DNA from: Coriobacteriia bacterium | Lineage (GTDB): Bacteria; Actinomycetota; Coriobacteriia; Anaerosomatales; PHET01 | Length of the DNA stretch: 64,000 nt | Reading direction: 5' to 3' | NCBI GenBank assembly: GCA_035687245.1 | Contig: DASRYH010000019.1 | Location: 11,733 to 75,732 of the forward strand | Shown: positions 34,425-45,089 of the stretch, one piece after another | How the letters are laid out: each line of letters begins with the position of its first letter | How positions within the stretch are numbered: position 1 is the stretch's first letter | Notes under the pieces: model-generated | What the model saw: only the letters and a program-made list of their open reading frames with translations | What the model was told of the DNA's origin: nothing | The model's database searches: none | Position numbers and translations under genes: made by a program

Positions 34425-35678
34425 ATGTTCAACTGGGACAGAAACATAGCTTTCGTCGCATGCGCCCGTTTCATCGCCCGGCTGGGCGGGGAGGCGGCGT
34501 TCTTCATCGGCGTGTGGGGCATGGCCGCCTACCGCTTCCACGCGAGTGCAACACAGATCGCGCTGCTCATGGCGGTGCTCGCACTTTCGTCGATGGTGGG
34601 TGCCGCGGCTGCGGGCGCGCTTGTGGACCGTTTCGGACCGCGCAACATCATCATGGGCGCGCAGGTCTTCTACCTGCCAGTTGCGCTGCTGGTGCCTCTC
34701 GTGCCGTCGATGCAGGTGATGATCGGCGTCTGCGCGCTGTTCGGCTTCGTGAACGCGCCCATCATGACTGCTACTGGTTCCTTTGCCCCGTATCTAGTTA
34801 CTGAGCGTGCGGGCATCGAGAAGATCAACGCGCTGCTCGAAGGAGTGGGGGCGCTGTCGTTCGTGGCCGGCCCCGCGATCGGTTCGGTAGTCGCCCACGC
34901 ATTCGGCATCCCTTCGGTCTTCTACCTCGACGCCGTACTCACCACGGTCGGCCTGCTGCTGGTTCTGCCGGTTAAGACGCCGCCGCTGGTGAATCGCGAG
35001 CACAAGCACGCGCTGCGCGAGATCGCCGACGGGCTGAAGATGGCGTACTCGCTCAAAGCGGTGCGCTACTACGTGCTTATGGGCACCGTTGTCTGGTTCA
35101 GCTTCGGCGCGTTCTCAGCACTTGAGCCGCTCTTCTATCGCGACGTCGTCAAGACCGGAGTCGAGACGATCGGCTGGATGAACTCGCTGTTCGGCGCGGG
35201 TATCGCGCTCGGCGCGTTCCTGCTCACGAAGCTGCCGTCCAAGGCCACTTCGGCTCGAGGTCTCGCCATTGGTGTGGCGCTGCTGGGTCTGGGCGCGACG
35301 GTCTACATCGGCACCACCGACCTACGCATCATCGCGCTGGGAGCCTTTGCGTGGGGCACGGTGATCGGGGCCGTCGAGCCGATGCTGCGCACGCTCATGC
35401 AGCTCGACGCACCCGAAGAGTACGTAGGGCGCATCATCGGCACAGCTCAGCTGCACCGCAGCGCGGGCGAGCTCGTGCCGCTCGCGCTGGCGCCAGGACT
35501 TGCGGCGCTCTTCGGCGTACAAGGCGTGATGATCGGTGGGGGCGTGCTTGCAGCGATCGCTGCGCTGGCTAGCTTCGGGCACGCGGCCTCGATCGACAGA
35601 AGCGGACACCGTCCGCGCGGCCGTGTCACAGCCGAAGAACTGCCGCCCTACGACGAGCCACTGAGCCCGCTGACCTAG
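34425..35678 (+). CDS. MFS transporter
   Basis: About 12 TM helices and an MFS motif-A-like GALVDRFGPRN. Confidence 0.8.
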   Translation: MFNWDRNIAFVACARFIARLGGEAAFFIGVWGMAAYRFHASATQIALLMAVLALSSMVGAAAAGALVDRFGPRNIIMGAQVFYLPVALLVPLVPSMQVMIGVCALFGFVNAPIMTATGSFAPYLVTERAGIEKINALLEGVGALSFVAGPAIGSVVAHAFGIPSVFYLDAVLTTVGLLLVLPVKTPPLVNREHKHALREIADGLKMAYSLKAVRYYVLMGTVVWFSFGAFSALEPLFYRDVVKTGVETIGWMNSLFGAGIALGAFLLTKLPSKATSARGLAIGVALLGLGATVYIGTTDLRIIALGAFAWGTVIGAVEPMLRTLMQLDAPEEYVGRIIGTAQLHRSAGELVPLALAPGLAALFGVQGVMIGGGVLAAIAALASFGHAASIDRSGHRPRGRVTAEELPPYDEPLSPLT

Positions 35679-35689
35679 CGCATGCCACG

Positions 35690-35720
35690 CTTCGGCAGGC
35701 CTGTGAGGCGCCTGCCGAAG
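35690..35720 (+). terminator. stem-loop after the MFS gene (11-bp perfect stem, no U-tract)
   Basis: cttcggcaggc (35690-35700) pairs with gcctgccgaag (35710-35720), with a 9-nt loop. It sits 12 nt after the stop codon. Confidence 0.4.
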
Positions 35721-35854
35721 GGGCCGCTGGGCTCGGGCCGAGAAAATACTACTGTTCTTGTCGTATATTGACCTAGGTCATGTTTTCGTACTCGCGGCGA
35801 GCGCACAGTGGGTCGTGCCTGCCTGGGTATGTGACCTGAGAGGACCTACGCGAG

Positions 35855-36544
35855 ATGAGTGACACGATGGCCGCTGAGCTTCAGACCGTTCCCGAGCGTG
35901 TGGAGTCCGCAGATGCGGTCGACGACGCGCCGAGTGTCTGGGACACCTACAGCCTCGTATACGCGCTCGTGCTGCTCTTCCTCGTGCCGGCGATGGCCAG
36001 CCTGAGAGGCCTCTACTGGGGCGACGACCGCTCCGGGACCTACACGTTCCAGTACGTCTCACTCGTGACGGTCCCGTTCGTTCTGGGCGTCGTCGCGACC
36101 TTCTTGATCGACTCCCGCGAGCCGCTGAAGCAGAAGCTCCTGCGCATCGCGATCCTCACGCCGCTCGTGGTCATCTCCGGTGTCACGGTCATGTTCACGG
36201 CCTCGCTGCTCATGCTGCCTGCAAGCAAGGTGCTTGGCATCGCCGACCAAGGCCTCTCTTCGGCGTTCTGGGTTGGGCTTGCGCTCGTTGCAGCTCCGCT
36301 CGTCTACTCGCTCTATCACCGCATCCGTCACCCGCACGGCATCGCGCCGGTGCTGCAGTGGCTGGCGATTCTCGCCGCGCTCGTCTCGGTGGTTGGCCTG
36401 TGTGTATTCAGCGCCACGCAGGACGGGAGCCTGACCGAGTACATCCGCAAGGACATCGTCGTCTACCTCGTGGGTGCGCTCACTTGGTACCTGCCTTCGT
36501 TCGGCATCTCGGCGGGTCTATGGAGGAGCTCGGGTCTGGTCTAG
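35855..36544 (+). CDS. hypothetical integral membrane protein (about 6 TM)
   Basis: Plausible RBS, hydrophobic helices, and coding-like composition. No motif recognised. Confidence 0.55.
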   Translation: MSDTMAAELQTVPERVESADAVDDAPSVWDTYSLVYALVLLFLVPAMASLRGLYWGDDRSGTYTFQYVSLVTVPFVLGVVATFLIDSREPLKQKLLRIAILTPLVVISGVTVMFTASLLMLPASKVLGIADQGLSSAFWVGLALVAAPLVYSLYHRIRHPHGIAPVLQWLAILAALVSVVGLCVFSATQDGSLTEYIRKDIVVYLVGALTWYLPSFGISAGLWRSSGLV

Positions 36545-36718
36545 CCAGCCCCTTTTCGAGGCCGAAAGGGCGCCTCGTCCGCGGGTCGTGCACGGCACCT
36601 GCCGCTCGTCGCGCGGGCGCTCCCGTTCGGCTATCCATAGCGCATCATGTCGGGCCTGCGTGCTATTCTCGCCACGATATCTTGTGGTTCATGCTGCCGA
36701 GAGGAAGCCGCCCAAACC

Positions 36719-37024
36719 ATGCCCGAAGACCGCCTCAGAACCCCCGAGGTAGAGGAGCTGCTCTCAGCGCTGCTGTCCCTCGAAACCAACGACGAGGCCT
36801 ACGCGCTGCTCGTCGATCTGTGCACGGTTCGTGAGATCCGGGAGATGGCCCAGCGGCTCGAGGTTGCCAAGCAGCTCGCCGCTGGCGAGCACTACTCCGC
36901 AATTCAGGAGTCGACCGGTGCTTCGGCGACCACGATCTCTCGCGTAAGCAAGTCGCTCAACTACGGCGCCGACGGCTACCGTCGCGTTCTCGATCGGCTC
37001 GGCGACGAGCCGGCTGCTCGCTAA
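36719..37024 (+). CDS. YerC/YecD-family TrpR-like DNA-binding protein
   Basis: Trimmed to the ATG at 36719. LLVDLCTVREIREMAQRLEVAKQL and ESTGASATTISRVSKSLNYG (an HTH typical of the TrpR/YerC family). 101 aa. Confidence 0.75.
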   Translation: MPEDRLRTPEVEELLSALLSLETNDEAYALLVDLCTVREIREMAQRLEVAKQLAAGEHYSAIQESTGASATTISRVSKSLNYGADGYRRVLDRLGDEPAAR

Positions 37025-37043
37025 GAGGGGGCTTTTCCCGATC

Positions 37044-40000
37044 GTGTCCTTCGTGCACCTGCACACCCACACTGAGTACTCCACTCTCGACGGCGCAGCG
37101 CGCGTCAAGAAGCTCGTTGAGCGCGCCCGCGACTTCGAGATGGAGTCTTTGGCCATCACCGACCACGGCTACATGTACGGTGCCGTGGACTTCTACAAGT
37201 CGGCGCTCAAGGTAGGCATCAAGCCCATCATCGGCTGCGAGTGCTACTTCACGCCCGATGAACGCGGGCGGCGCGAGGGCAAGCCCAACCTCTACCATCT
37301 GCTGCTTCTGGCCAAGAACAACGAGGGCTATCGCAACCTGATGGCGATGGTCTCCGACGCGGCCGTCAAAGGCTTCTACTACAAGCCGCAGATCGACCTC
37401 GAGCTGCTGAAGCGGTACTCCGAAGGCGTCGTCGCCACCTCTGCGTGTATGAGCGGCATCCTCTCGAAGTCGATCGAGCGGGGAGAGCCTGAAGAGGCCC
37501 GCCGATGGGCCGAAGAGTACGCGCGCATCTTCGCGCCGGGTGATTTCTACGTCGAGATCCAGGAGCAGGGCATCGTCGCCGACAACGGCGTGAGCCAGAC
37601 CCAGCTCAATCGCGCCCTCGCCGATCTCGCGGGCGATCTCGGGCTGCCGCTCGTGGCCACCAACGACATCCACTACCTCACGCGCGAGGACGCCAAGACC
37701 CAGGACCTGCTCCTGTGCATCGGCACCGGCTCGACGATCGACCAGCCGGGCCGCATGAAGTTCTCCTGTGACGAGTTCTACATGAAGTCCGCCGAAGAGA
37801 TGGCAGCGATGCTGCCGGAGTATCCCGAGGCGCTCGCCAACACGCTCGAGATCGCGGAGAAGTGCAACGTCTCGATGGAGTTCGGCAAGATCATCCTGCC
37901 GAAGTTCGAGGTTCCTGAGGACACGACCGAAGAGGGCTACCTGCGAAGCCAGTGCATGGAAGGGCTGAAGGTGCGCTACGGCGACCCGATCCCGGAAGAA
38001 GTGCTGCACCGGCTCGACACCGAGCTCGAAGTCGTGGTGCCCAAGGGTATCGCCGCCTACTTCCTCATCGTTCAGGACTTCACGACGTGGGCGAAGGCGA
38101 ACGGCATCGGCGTCGGCCCCGGCCGAGGAAGCGCCGCCGGCTCGATCATCGCTTACGCGCTCGGCATCACCGATCTCGACCCGATCGAGAACGGCCTGCT
38201 CTTCGAACGCTTCCTGAACCCAGAGCGTACGGAGATGCCCGATATCGACATGGACTTCGATGACGAGCGCCGCGGCGACGTCATCGACTACGTGCGCGAG
38301 AAGTATGGCAACGACAAAGTCGCCCAGATCATCACCTTCTCGACGATGAAAGCCCGCGCGGCCGTGCGCGACGCCGGGCGCGTGCTGGGATACCCCTACG
38401 GCGTGCCCGACAAGATCAGCAAGATGATCTTGGACGATCTGGGCGCCACGATCGACAGCTCGCTGGCTGCCAGCACCGAGTTCAAGGCTGACTACGACGG
38501 CAACCCCGACACCAAGCGCATCGTCGATGCCGCGCGCTCGCTCGAAGGCATCGTGCGCGGCGAGGGTGTGCACGCCGCCGGCGTCGTCATCTGCCGCGAT
38601 CCGCTGCACTACTACGTGCCGGTCAAGTACGACACCAAGGGTGGCGCAGTCATCACCCAGTACGACGGTCCTACCGTCGCCGACCTGGGTCTGCTCAAGA
38701 TGGACTTCTTGGGCCTGCGCACCCTGACCGTCATCGCCAAGGCGATCGACAACATCGAGACCAACCACGGAATTCGGATCGATCCCGCCGACATTCCCCT
38801 CGATGACCCGAAGGTTTTCGAGCTGTTCCAGCGCGCTGACACCGTGGGTGTCTTCCAGGTCGAGTCGCCTGGCATGCGCCAGCTGCTCAAAGACCTCGTG
38901 CCCACCACCTTCGCCGACATCGTCGCCGTGCTCGCACTCTACCGGCCCGGCCCGCTCGGCTCGGGCATGGTCAAGGACTTCGTGGAACGCAAGCACGGCC
39001 GCCGCAAGATCACCTACTACGACGACCGCCTGGAAGACATCCTGCGCGAAACCTACGGCGCGATCGTCTATCAGGAACAGGTCATGCGTATCTCGATGGC
39101 CATGTCGGGCTTCTCTGCTGCCAAGGCCGACAAGCTTCGCAAGGCGATGGGCAAGAAGCAGGTCGACGTGCTCACGCCTATGCGTGAGGCGTGGGTCGAA
39201 GGCGCTCGCGAGAACGACTTCGACGCCAAGATGGCCTCCGATATGTGGGAAGACATCCTCAAGTTCGCCGAATACGCGTTCAACAAGAGCCATTCGGCGG
39301 CTTACGGGCTGCTCACCATGCAGACGGCATACCTGAAGGCTCACTACCCGCTCGAGTTCATGGCGGCGGTGCTCACGAGCTGGACCGGAAAGACCGACAA
39401 GATCGTCCACTATGTCGCTGAGTGCAACCGCGCAGGTAAGACGGTGCTGCCGCCGGACGTGAACTCGTCGGGGCGCGACTTCACCGCGGTTCAGGGCGAG
39501 GGCATCCGGTTCGGGCTCGCGGGCATCCGAGGAGTGGGCGAAGGCGTGGTCGACGGCATCGCCGCCACGCGGGCCGAAGGCGGCCACTTCACCTCCCTGC
39601 AGGACTTCTGCGACCGCGTCGACCTTCGACAGACCAACAAGAAGACGATCGAGTCGCTCATCAAGGCGGGCGCCTTCGACTCCACCGGCTACACGCGCAA
39701 GCATCTGATGTCGATGATGGACGCAGCGGTCGACGCCGCATCCAAGCGCCAGAAGGACCGCGACAGCGGCCAGGTCTCGATGTTTGACATGTTTGCTGCC
39801 GAAGACCACGGCTTCTCTGAAGAGATCCCCGCGCCCAACGGCGATGAGTGGGACAAGAAGATGAAGCTCGCCTTCGAGAAGGAGATGCTGGGCATCTATG
39901 TCTCGGACCACCCGCTGCGCGACATCGAAGACGTGGTCCGCGCGCATTCGGACGGATCGTTGGGCGAGGAGCTGGCGGCTGGCACGACCTGCTGGTTTGC

Positions 40001-40481
40001 CGGCATGCTGTCCTCGGTCGCGCTCAAGCCGACCAAGAAGGGCCCGATGATGGCGATCGCCACCCTCGAGGACCTCGACGGTTCGATTGAGGCCGTGCTC
40101 TTCCCCGCGATGCTGGAGAAGTACCGCGAACTGATCGTTGAGGATGCGGTGTTGCGCCTCAAGGGCAAGATCGAAGAGGACGACCGGGGCCGTAAGCTCA
40201 TCGTTCTCGACATCGAACCCTTCGATGGCGCCGAGTTCGCCGCACCCCCCAAACGCGTCGTGATTCGAGCCGACGGCAACGCTCTAGTGAACGGTCGCGC
40301 CGCAGCGCTCAAGAAGACACTCACGCACTTCCCGGGCCGCGACATCGTTGAGTTGCACGTGTGGGACGCCGCTCAGGAGCGCACGATCGTGGCCACGATG
40401 CCCGAGCGCGTGAACGCCGAGGCCAACGGCTTGTATGCAGAGCTCATGGAGATGTTCGGCGCCGAGGCCGTTGAGGCCTGA
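37044..40481 (+). CDS. dnaE: DNA polymerase III alpha subunit
   Basis: GTG start. SFVHLHTHTEYSTLDGA (PHP domain), PDIDMDF, and HAAGVVI. 1145 aa. Confidence 0.95.
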   Translation: MSFVHLHTHTEYSTLDGAARVKKLVERARDFEMESLAITDHGYMYGAVDFYKSALKVGIKPIIGCECYFTPDERGRREGKPNLYHLLLLAKNNEGYRNLMAMVSDAAVKGFYYKPQIDLELLKRYSEGVVATSACMSGILSKSIERGEPEEARRWAEEYARIFAPGDFYVEIQEQGIVADNGVSQTQLNRALADLAGDLGLPLVATNDIHYLTREDAKTQDLLLCIGTGSTIDQPGRMKFSCDEFYMKSAEEMAAMLPEYPEALANTLEIAEKCNVSMEFGKIILPKFEVPEDTTEEGYLRSQCMEGLKVRYGDPIPEEVLHRLDTELEVVVPKGIAAYFLIVQDFTTWAKANGIGVGPGRGSAAGSIIAYALGITDLDPIENGLLFERFLNPERTEMPDIDMDFDDERRGDVIDYVREKYGNDKVAQIITFSTMKARAAVRDAGRVLGYPYGVPDKISKMILDDLGATIDSSLAASTEFKADYDGNPDTKRIVDAARSLEGIVRGEGVHAAGVVICRDPLHYYVPVKYDTKGGAVITQYDGPTVADLGLLKMDFLGLRTLTVIAKAIDNIETNHGIRIDPADIPLDDPKVFELFQRADTVGVFQVESPGMRQLLKDLVPTTFADIVAVLALYRPGPLGSGMVKDFVERKHGRRKITYYDDRLEDILRETYGAIVYQEQVMRISMAMSGFSAAKADKLRKAMGKKQVDVLTPMREAWVEGARENDFDAKMASDMWEDILKFAEYAFNKSHSAAYGLLTMQTAYLKAHYPLEFMAAVLTSWTGKTDKIVHYVAECNRAGKTVLPPDVNSSGRDFTAVQGEGIRFGLAGIRGVGEGVVDGIAATRAEGGHFTSLQDFCDRVDLRQTNKKTIESLIKAGAFDSTGYTRKHLMSMMDAAVDAASKRQKDRDSGQVSMFDMFAAEDHGFSEEIPAPNGDEWDKKMKLAFEKEMLGIYVSDHPLRDIEDVVRAHSDGSLGEELAAGTTCWFAGMLSSVALKPTKKGPMMAIATLEDLDGSIEAVLFPAMLEKYRELIVEDAVLRLKGKIEEDDRGRKLIVLDIEPFDGAEFAAPPKRVVIRADGNALVNGRAAALKKTLTHFPGRDIVELHVWDAAQERTIVATMPERVNAEANGLYAELMEMFGAEAVEA

Positions 40482-40619
40482 CCCGCGCTAGAGTAGGGAC
40501 CCGGGGGCGGCAGCTTCGTGCGCTTCCCGGATCTGATTGCGCTCTATCACTCTACTGTGCTAAAGTGACGCCGCTGCAACGATGCCTGACGAATCTGACA
40601 CGAGGAAAGGCCTTGGTTC

Positions 40620-41876
40620 ATGCGTCCAGTCACACCACGCGGATTCAGAGACGTGCTTCCAGCCGAAGCTGCCGAGCGAGAGGTTCTGACCCTGCGCCTC
40701 TCCGACGCCTTCGCGGCGTGGGGCTACGAGCGCATTGAGACCCCCGTCGTCGAGCGCCTCGACGCGCTTGAGGCGGCCGCAGGACCGCTTGAGGGTACCG
40801 CGTTTCGGCTGGTAGACCTCGATGGCCACCTGCTCGCACTGCGTCCCGACCTCACGGTGCCGATCGCGCGTCTCGTCTCGTCGCGTCTTGCAGACGTGGC
40901 CGGTCCCGTGCGCTTCCGCTACGCCGGTGAAGCGTTTCGGGAGCACGAGTCGCTACGCGGTCAGGCGCGCCAGTTCACACAGGTTGGAGTCGAGCTCGTT
41001 GGCGCCTGTGGCCCCGAGGCCGATGCCGAAGTGATCGCCGTGCTCGCTGACGCGCTCAGGACCGTCGGCTTCGAGCGCTTCACCGTCGCTGTAGGTTCGG
41101 TCGAGGTCTTTAACGCTGTGGTGGCGGCTGCGGGCATGCCCGAGAGCTGGGGTGCAGACGTGTTGGCCGCTGCGCACGAGCGCAACTTCGTGGAGCTGCA
41201 GCGCCTGGCCGACCTGCCGGGAGTTGCCGAAACGGCCGCGCGTGCCTTGCGCGAAGTGCCGCGCATCCGTGGAGGCCGAGAGGCCATCGCGCGCTGTAGC
41301 GACGTGGCTTCGGCGTGTGGCTGCGACGCTACGCTGGGCGCGCTCGATGAGACGTTCGCCCTGCTAGAGGCCGCAGGTGTGCACGAGAGCGTAATGGTCG
41401 ACTTCTCCGTGATGCGCTCGTTCGACTACTACACCGGCATCGTCATCGAGGCGTACGCGCCCGGGCTCGGACTGCCCATCGGTGGCGGTGGCCGCTACGA
41501 CGGAGTGCTCGAGGCCTTCGGCGCGCCGCGCCCTGCCGCCGGATTCGCGCTCGGACTCGAGCGGCTCTCCATTGGCCTGCTGGAGCAGGGCGTCGACGTA
41601 CCGGTGCGCAGGCTCGATGCAGTGCTTGGTGGCCCGGCTGCCGAAGCGCTTTCCGCCGCCGCCCGCCTGCGGGAGGCCGGCTGGCGCGTGGCGATATCGT
41701 CGCGTGCCGGTCGCGAGCTGGTCGCCGAAGCGGACGAGCGTGGGGCAATCGAAGCACTTTTCGCTCGTGACGGGCGCGTAGTGCGCCTCGACCGCTCGGG
41801 TGAGCCAGCGCTGCCACTTGAAGATCCGGCGCCGTACCCGCCCTCTACGTCGTGGGCCGAAGGGAGCGAGCGATGA
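40620..41876 (+). CDS. hisZ: ATP phosphoribosyltransferase regulatory subunit
   Basis: HisRS-like fold without an anticodon domain (PRGFRDVLP, FRYAGEAFR, GGGRYD). Stop overlaps the short-form hisG start (ATGA). Confidence 0.85.
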   Translation: MRPVTPRGFRDVLPAEAAEREVLTLRLSDAFAAWGYERIETPVVERLDALEAAAGPLEGTAFRLVDLDGHLLALRPDLTVPIARLVSSRLADVAGPVRFRYAGEAFREHESLRGQARQFTQVGVELVGACGPEADAEVIAVLADALRTVGFERFTVAVGSVEVFNAVVAAAGMPESWGADVLAAAHERNFVELQRLADLPGVAETAARALREVPRIRGGREAIARCSDVASACGCDATLGALDETFALLEAAGVHESVMVDFSVMRSFDYYTGIVIEAYAPGLGLPIGGGGRYDGVLEAFGAPRPAAGFALGLERLSIGLLEQGVDVPVRRLDAVLGGPAAEALSAAARLREAGWRVAISSRAGRELVAEADERGAIEALFARDGRVVRLDRSGEPALPLEDPAPYPPSTSWAEGSER

Positions 41877-42538
41877 TTGCCACCTCCCGAGGAGCAGCCG
41901 ATCGACGTCTGCGCATCGCCGTGCCGAAGGGCGCGCTGCTCGAAGGCAGCGTGCGGCTGCTTGAGGGCGCCGGACTCGACACAGGCGCGCTTGCAAACCC
42001 GGGCCGCCAGCTCATCATCACGACCGACGAGGTCGAATACGTCATCGCCAAGCCCACCGACGTGCCCATCTACGTCGCGTACGGCGGTGCGGACTGCGGC
42101 GTGGCGGGCAAGGACGTGCTCGTCGAGGCCGCGCTCGAGGTCGTAGAGCTCGTGGACCTCCACTTCGGCGGATGCCGCTTCGTGGTGGCCGGCCTAGAGG
42201 ACGCTGGCGACATGGACGAGCGTTACGGGCACCTGGGCGTGCTGCGCGTTGCCACCAAGTACCCCAACATCGCGCAGGCGCACTTCGATGCGCGCGGCAT
42301 TCAGGTCGAGCTCGTCAAGCTCAACGGGAACATAGAGCTGGCGCCGCTCATCGGCATCGCCGACGTCGTCGTCGACATCACGGCGACGGGTACGACGCTG
42401 AAGCAGAACCGCTTGAAGATTATTGAAGACGTGCTGCCCTCCACCGCCCGTTTCGTGGGCAATCCGGTTGCAGTGCGCACCGATCCGCGTGTCACAGCGC
42501 TCGCCGACGCCTTGTCGGAGCTGTCAGTAGAATCGTAA
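41873..42538 (+). CDS. hisG: ATP phosphoribosyltransferase (short form)
   Basis: Trimmed to the ATG at 41873. LRIAVPKGALLEGSVRLLEGAGLD, DITATGTTLKQN. 221 aa. Confidence 0.9.
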   Translation: MIATSRGAADRRLRIAVPKGALLEGSVRLLEGAGLDTGALANPGRQLIITTDEVEYVIAKPTDVPIYVAYGGADCGVAGKDVLVEAALEVVELVDLHFGGCRFVVAGLEDAGDMDERYGHLGVLRVATKYPNIAQAHFDARGIQVELVKLNGNIELAPLIGIADVVVDITATGTTLKQNRLKIIEDVLPSTARFVGNPVAVRTDPRVTALADALSELSVES

Positions 42539-42620
42539 GCAGGCAGTGGGTCGATTGCGGCCCGCCGAACGTGTCTGGCCCGAGGTGGCCAGCCGAAGAT
42601 AGAAAGCAGGCATCGAAGAG

Positions 42621-43946
42621 ATGATGCGACGAATCGTTCTCGAGCCCGGCCAGCGCCTCACAGAGGCCGACCTCGCACGCAGTGGCGGTATCGACGCCGA
42701 GATCCTTGGGGTTGCCGGCCGGATCGTCGATGACGTGCGAACGCGTGGCGACGTTGCCGTGCGCGAGCTCACCGCCCAGTTCGACAAGGTGGAGCTTGCG
42801 GCCTTTCGCGTGACCGATGAGGAGATCGAGGCCGCCGTCGAGCAGTGCGACGAGATCTTCCTTGAAGCAATCGCCTCGGCCGCCGCAGCCATCGAGGACT
42901 TTCACCGGCGCCAGCTCCCGCAGAGCTGGTTCACCGCGCAGGAGGGCGGCGTATTCCTCGGCCAGAAGGTCACTCCCATTGCGCGCGTGGGCATCTACGT
43001 GCCCGGCGGGCGTGCGAGGTACCCCTCCAGCGTGCTGATGAACGCAATCCCGGCGATCGTGGCCGGCGTGGAGGAGATCGCGATGGTCGTGCCGCCCGCG
43101 GCCGACGGCACGGTGAACCCCTACACGCTCGCCGCGGCTGTCGAAGCCGGTGTCACAGAGATATACAAGGTGGGTGGCGCCCAGGCGGTGGCTGCACTTG
43201 CGTACGGTACCGAGTCCATCCCGCGCGTCGACAAGATCGTGGGCCCGGGCAACGCCTATGTGACCGCAGCCAAGAAGCTCGTCATGGGTGACGTGGGCAT
43301 CGACATGCTCGCCGGTCCCTCTGAGGTGCTCGTACTCGCCGACGAGACCGCGATCCCGCAGTTCGTCGCCATCGACCTCATGGCTCAGGCCGAACACGAC
43401 CCGCGCGCGGCCACCTACCTCGTCACCACCGATCCCGAGCTGCCGGATCTGGTCGAGGACGCTCTGCGCATGCTGATCGCCGAATCGCCGCGCGGCGAGA
43501 TCACGGAGCGCTCGCTCGTGGACAACGGTGTCATCGTGGTGTGCCCCGATATCGTTGCGGCGATCGACACCGCCGACCTGGTCGCGCCCGAGCACCTCGA
43601 AGTGCAGATGGCAGAGCCCTTCGAGCTTCTGGGTTCGATCCGCAACGCCGGTGCGATCTTCCTCGGCCCGTGGACGCCGGAGAGCGTGGGAGACTACGTC
43701 GCTGGCCCGAACCACGTGCTTCCCACCGGTGGCACCGCTCGCTTCTCGAGCCCGCTGTCGGTCGATGACTTCGTGAAGAAGTCCAGCGTGATCAGCTACA
43801 GCTTCGAGGCGCTCGAGATCGATGGCCCGACCGTGCTCGAGATCGCTGGCGCCGAAGGCCTATGGGCCCACGGCCGTGCCGTCTCGCTTCGCCTCGACGC
43901 GATTGAGGATGCGCGCGTCGACGCCGAGCTCGAGGAGGGCGAGTAG
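42621..43946 (+). CDS. hisD: histidinol dehydrogenase
   Basis: GIYVPGGRARYPSSVLM, QAEHDP, GDYVAGPNHVLPT. Confidence 0.95.
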   Translation: MMRRIVLEPGQRLTEADLARSGGIDAEILGVAGRIVDDVRTRGDVAVRELTAQFDKVELAAFRVTDEEIEAAVEQCDEIFLEAIASAAAAIEDFHRRQLPQSWFTAQEGGVFLGQKVTPIARVGIYVPGGRARYPSSVLMNAIPAIVAGVEEIAMVVPPAADGTVNPYTLAAAVEAGVTEIYKVGGAQAVAALAYGTESIPRVDKIVGPGNAYVTAAKKLVMGDVGIDMLAGPSEVLVLADETAIPQFVAIDLMAQAEHDPRAATYLVTTDPELPDLVEDALRMLIAESPRGEITERSLVDNGVIVVCPDIVAAIDTADLVAPEHLEVQMAEPFELLGSIRNAGAIFLGPWTPESVGDYVAGPNHVLPTGGTARFSSPLSVDDFVKKSSVISYSFEALEIDGPTVLEIAGAEGLWAHGRAVSLRLDAIEDARVDAELEEGE

Positions 43947-43950
43947 CGCG

Positions 43951-45078
43951 ATGAAAGACGTCCGAGACTCGCGCGCGGAGCTGGAAGGCCTCGTACCCTA
44001 CGACGCCAAAGAGGTCCGCGCAGAAGTAGTGCTTGCAAGCAACGAGAACCCGGAGAACCTGCCCGGTGAAATCCTCTCGAGGCTCGCGGAGCGTCTCGCG
44101 GAGTTCAAGTTCAACCGCTATCCGGACCCGACGGCGACCGACCTTCGCAAGCTCATCGCCGATGCCAACGGACTTGATATCGAGAACGTGCTGGTGGGCA
44201 ACGGTGGCGACGAGCTCATCTTCGACCTGCTTCTCGCGTGGGGTGGTCCGGGTCGCAAGATCCTCGACACGCCGCCGACGTTTTCGATGTATGCGATCGA
44301 CGCGGAGGTCACGGGGACCGAGATACTCCGTGTGCCTCGCCTCGAAGGCTTCGTGATCGACGAGGAGGCCGTGCTCGCGCGGGTCGCCGAAGGCGACATC
44401 GACATCGTCATCATCGCGAACCCGAACAACCCCACGGGTGGGCTGGCCAACGAGTCGTTCCTGATCGATCTGCTTGAGGCGACCGACGCGATCATCATGG
44501 TCGACGAGGCCTACTTCGAGTTCAGCCGCCACACGATGCGCCCGCACATGGCACGCCACAAGAACCTCGTGCTGCTGCGCACCTTCTCCAAGGCCTTCTC
44601 GCTCGCGGGCCTGCGCGTGGGCTACGTGCTCGGTCATGAAGACGTCATTCGTGAGCTGATGAAGGTTCGCCAGCCCTACTCGGTTGACTCGTTCTCGCAG
44701 ATGGTGGCGAGCACCGTCTACCGCGACCGCATGGTATTCGAGCAGCAGATCTCCGACATCATCCGCGGTCGTGACCAGATCACACACGGCCTCAGGCTGA
44801 TGCACGACATCGAGGTATTCGAGAGCGAGGCCAACTTCGTACTGTTCCGCGTCGACCACGCCTCGGCGGTCTGGCGCGACTTGCTGCACGGGCATTCGGT
44901 GCTGATCCGCGACTTCTCGCGCAGCCGCGGGCTCGAGAACTGCCTGCGAGTCACGGTGGGGACTCCTGAGGAGAACCGCCGCTTCCTCGAAGCACTCGAG
45001 GAGATACTCGCGTCGCGGCGTGCAGCCTCGCACTTCGGCGAGACCGCAACCGCACAGCGTCACGACGACAAGGCCTGA
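43951..45078 (+). CDS. hisC: histidinol-phosphate aminotransferase
   Basis: ORF 43822..45078 trimmed to the ATG at 43951. LASNENPENLP, LRTFSKAFSLAGLRVGY. Confidence 0.9.
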   Translation: MKDVRDSRAELEGLVPYDAKEVRAEVVLASNENPENLPGEILSRLAERLAEFKFNRYPDPTATDLRKLIADANGLDIENVLVGNGGDELIFDLLLAWGGPGRKILDTPPTFSMYAIDAEVTGTEILRVPRLEGFVIDEEAVLARVAEGDIDIVIIANPNNPTGGLANESFLIDLLEATDAIIMVDEAYFEFSRHTMRPHMARHKNLVLLRTFSKAFSLAGLRVGYVLGHEDVIRELMKVRQPYSVDSFSQMVASTVYRDRMVFEQQISDIIRGRDQITHGLRLMHDIEVFESEANFVLFRVDHASAVWRDLLHGHSVLIRDFSRSRGLENCLRVTVGTPEENRRFLEALEEILASRRAASHFGETATAQRHDDKA

Positions 45079-45089
45079 AGGGGAGTCAC

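Noticed and set aside
36957-39947. 996-aa ORF on the minus strand
   Set aside because: It lies exactly antisense to dnaE. Its composition is R/A/G/V/D/H-rich with no recognisable motif. Long antisense ORFs are expected at this GC content, and the plus-strand frame has unambiguous DnaE motifs.
40482-40619. Possible His T-box or leader-peptide attenuator upstream of hisZ
   Set aside because: There is no GGGUGGNACCGCG-like T-box sequence, no run of His codons and no terminator hairpin. It is just an RBS (GAGGAAAGG) before the ATG.
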